From positions 1,152,001 to 1,216,000 of the forward strand of contig CAVRBU010000002.1 of the NCBI GenBank assembly GCA_963719315.1: DNA of 64,000 nucleotides, read 5' to 3'. How positions within the stretch are numbered: the first letter of the stretch is position 1; each line of letters opens with the position of its first letter. The notes beneath the pieces are model-generated. The model did not search any database. It was not told where the DNA came from and saw only the letters and a list, made by a program, of their open reading frames with translations. Made by a program: the position numbers and the translations under genes. Positions 63,651 to 64,000 of this stretch are shown piece after piece. The stretch comes from an uncultured Planctomycetota bacterium. Lineage in GTDB: Bacteria; Planctomycetota; Planctomycetia; Pirellulales; Lacipirellulaceae.

Positions 63651-64000
63651 GTAAGCGTTCGCGGTAGCCATACTTGACGAGTTTTCTATCCTGGGGTTTT
63701 GTCATGCAATTCACTCAGGAGACGAGCCGATGGGTCGTCCGCCGAGCATCGTCGAGGATTATCGAGAGTGGCAGGGTCGCCTGGAAAGATACCAGACGAG
63801 TGAGACCAGCCTGGACGTATTCTGTCTGCAGGAAGGCATTTCGCGATCAACTTTTTTCCGCTGGAAGCGGCGACTCGACAAGGGCATCCCCGAAACACTG
63901 CAGGCGGATGCCGCCGAGCGGGGGCAGAACGTTTCGACCGACGCGCTGTTCCTGCCCATCTCGTTGAAAAAGTCCCGCATCGAGATCGAGTTGCCCAACG
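63651..64000 (+). mobile_element. Left end of an IS66-family element
   Basis: Begins GTAAGCGTTC (IS66-type end) and is followed by a TnpA ORF; truncated by the window. Confidence 0.8.
63730..64000 (+). CDS. tnpA: IS66 accessory protein TnpA, partial
   Basis: Hand translation MGRPPSIVEDYREWQGRLERYQTSETSLDVFCLQEGISRSTFFRWKRRL...IEIELPN; AGGAG RBS. Confidence 0.8.
   Translation, partial: MGRPPSIVEDYREWQGRLERYQTSETSLDVFCLQEGISRSTFFRWKRRLDKGIPETLQADAAERGQNVSTDALFLPISLKKSRIEIELPN

Overview
This is a GC-rich bacterial chromosomal window whose gene content points to a Planctomycetota (Pirellulales-like) genome. Lineage indicators are a TIGR02999-type ECF sigma next to a TPR Ser/Thr kinase, a dockerin/PEP-CTERM protein and a type 2 IleRS. 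From 1 to about 38.6 kb it is mostly core genes: yacG, a glycosyltransferase cluster, YhaN/YhaO-like repair genes with a UvrD helicase, rluD-like, mscL, ileS, purN, pgsA, rimO, divergent murE/murG and rsgA. An accessory block surrounds rnpB at 38.6-50.4 kb. It is followed by icd, a second kinase, a POT transporter and tRNA-Val(TAC), whose 3' end marks the start of a genomic island (integrase remnant, IS5, xanthine permease, start of IS66). About a dozen single-base frameshifts, including one in icd, suggest long-read indel errors. The most unusual structure lies outside the gene list. (i) A ~96-nt two-hairpin element is repeated in front of secreted-protein genes. (ii) Short palindromes and 7-bp-period hairpins occur between genes and in frame inside uvrD, ileS and a kinase, and an IS has inserted at the centre of one. 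(iii) A REP-carrying MITE has target-site duplications. (iv) A sharply AT-rich stretch is confined to the IleRS editing domain. All family calls come from motif recognition by eye, not database searches.
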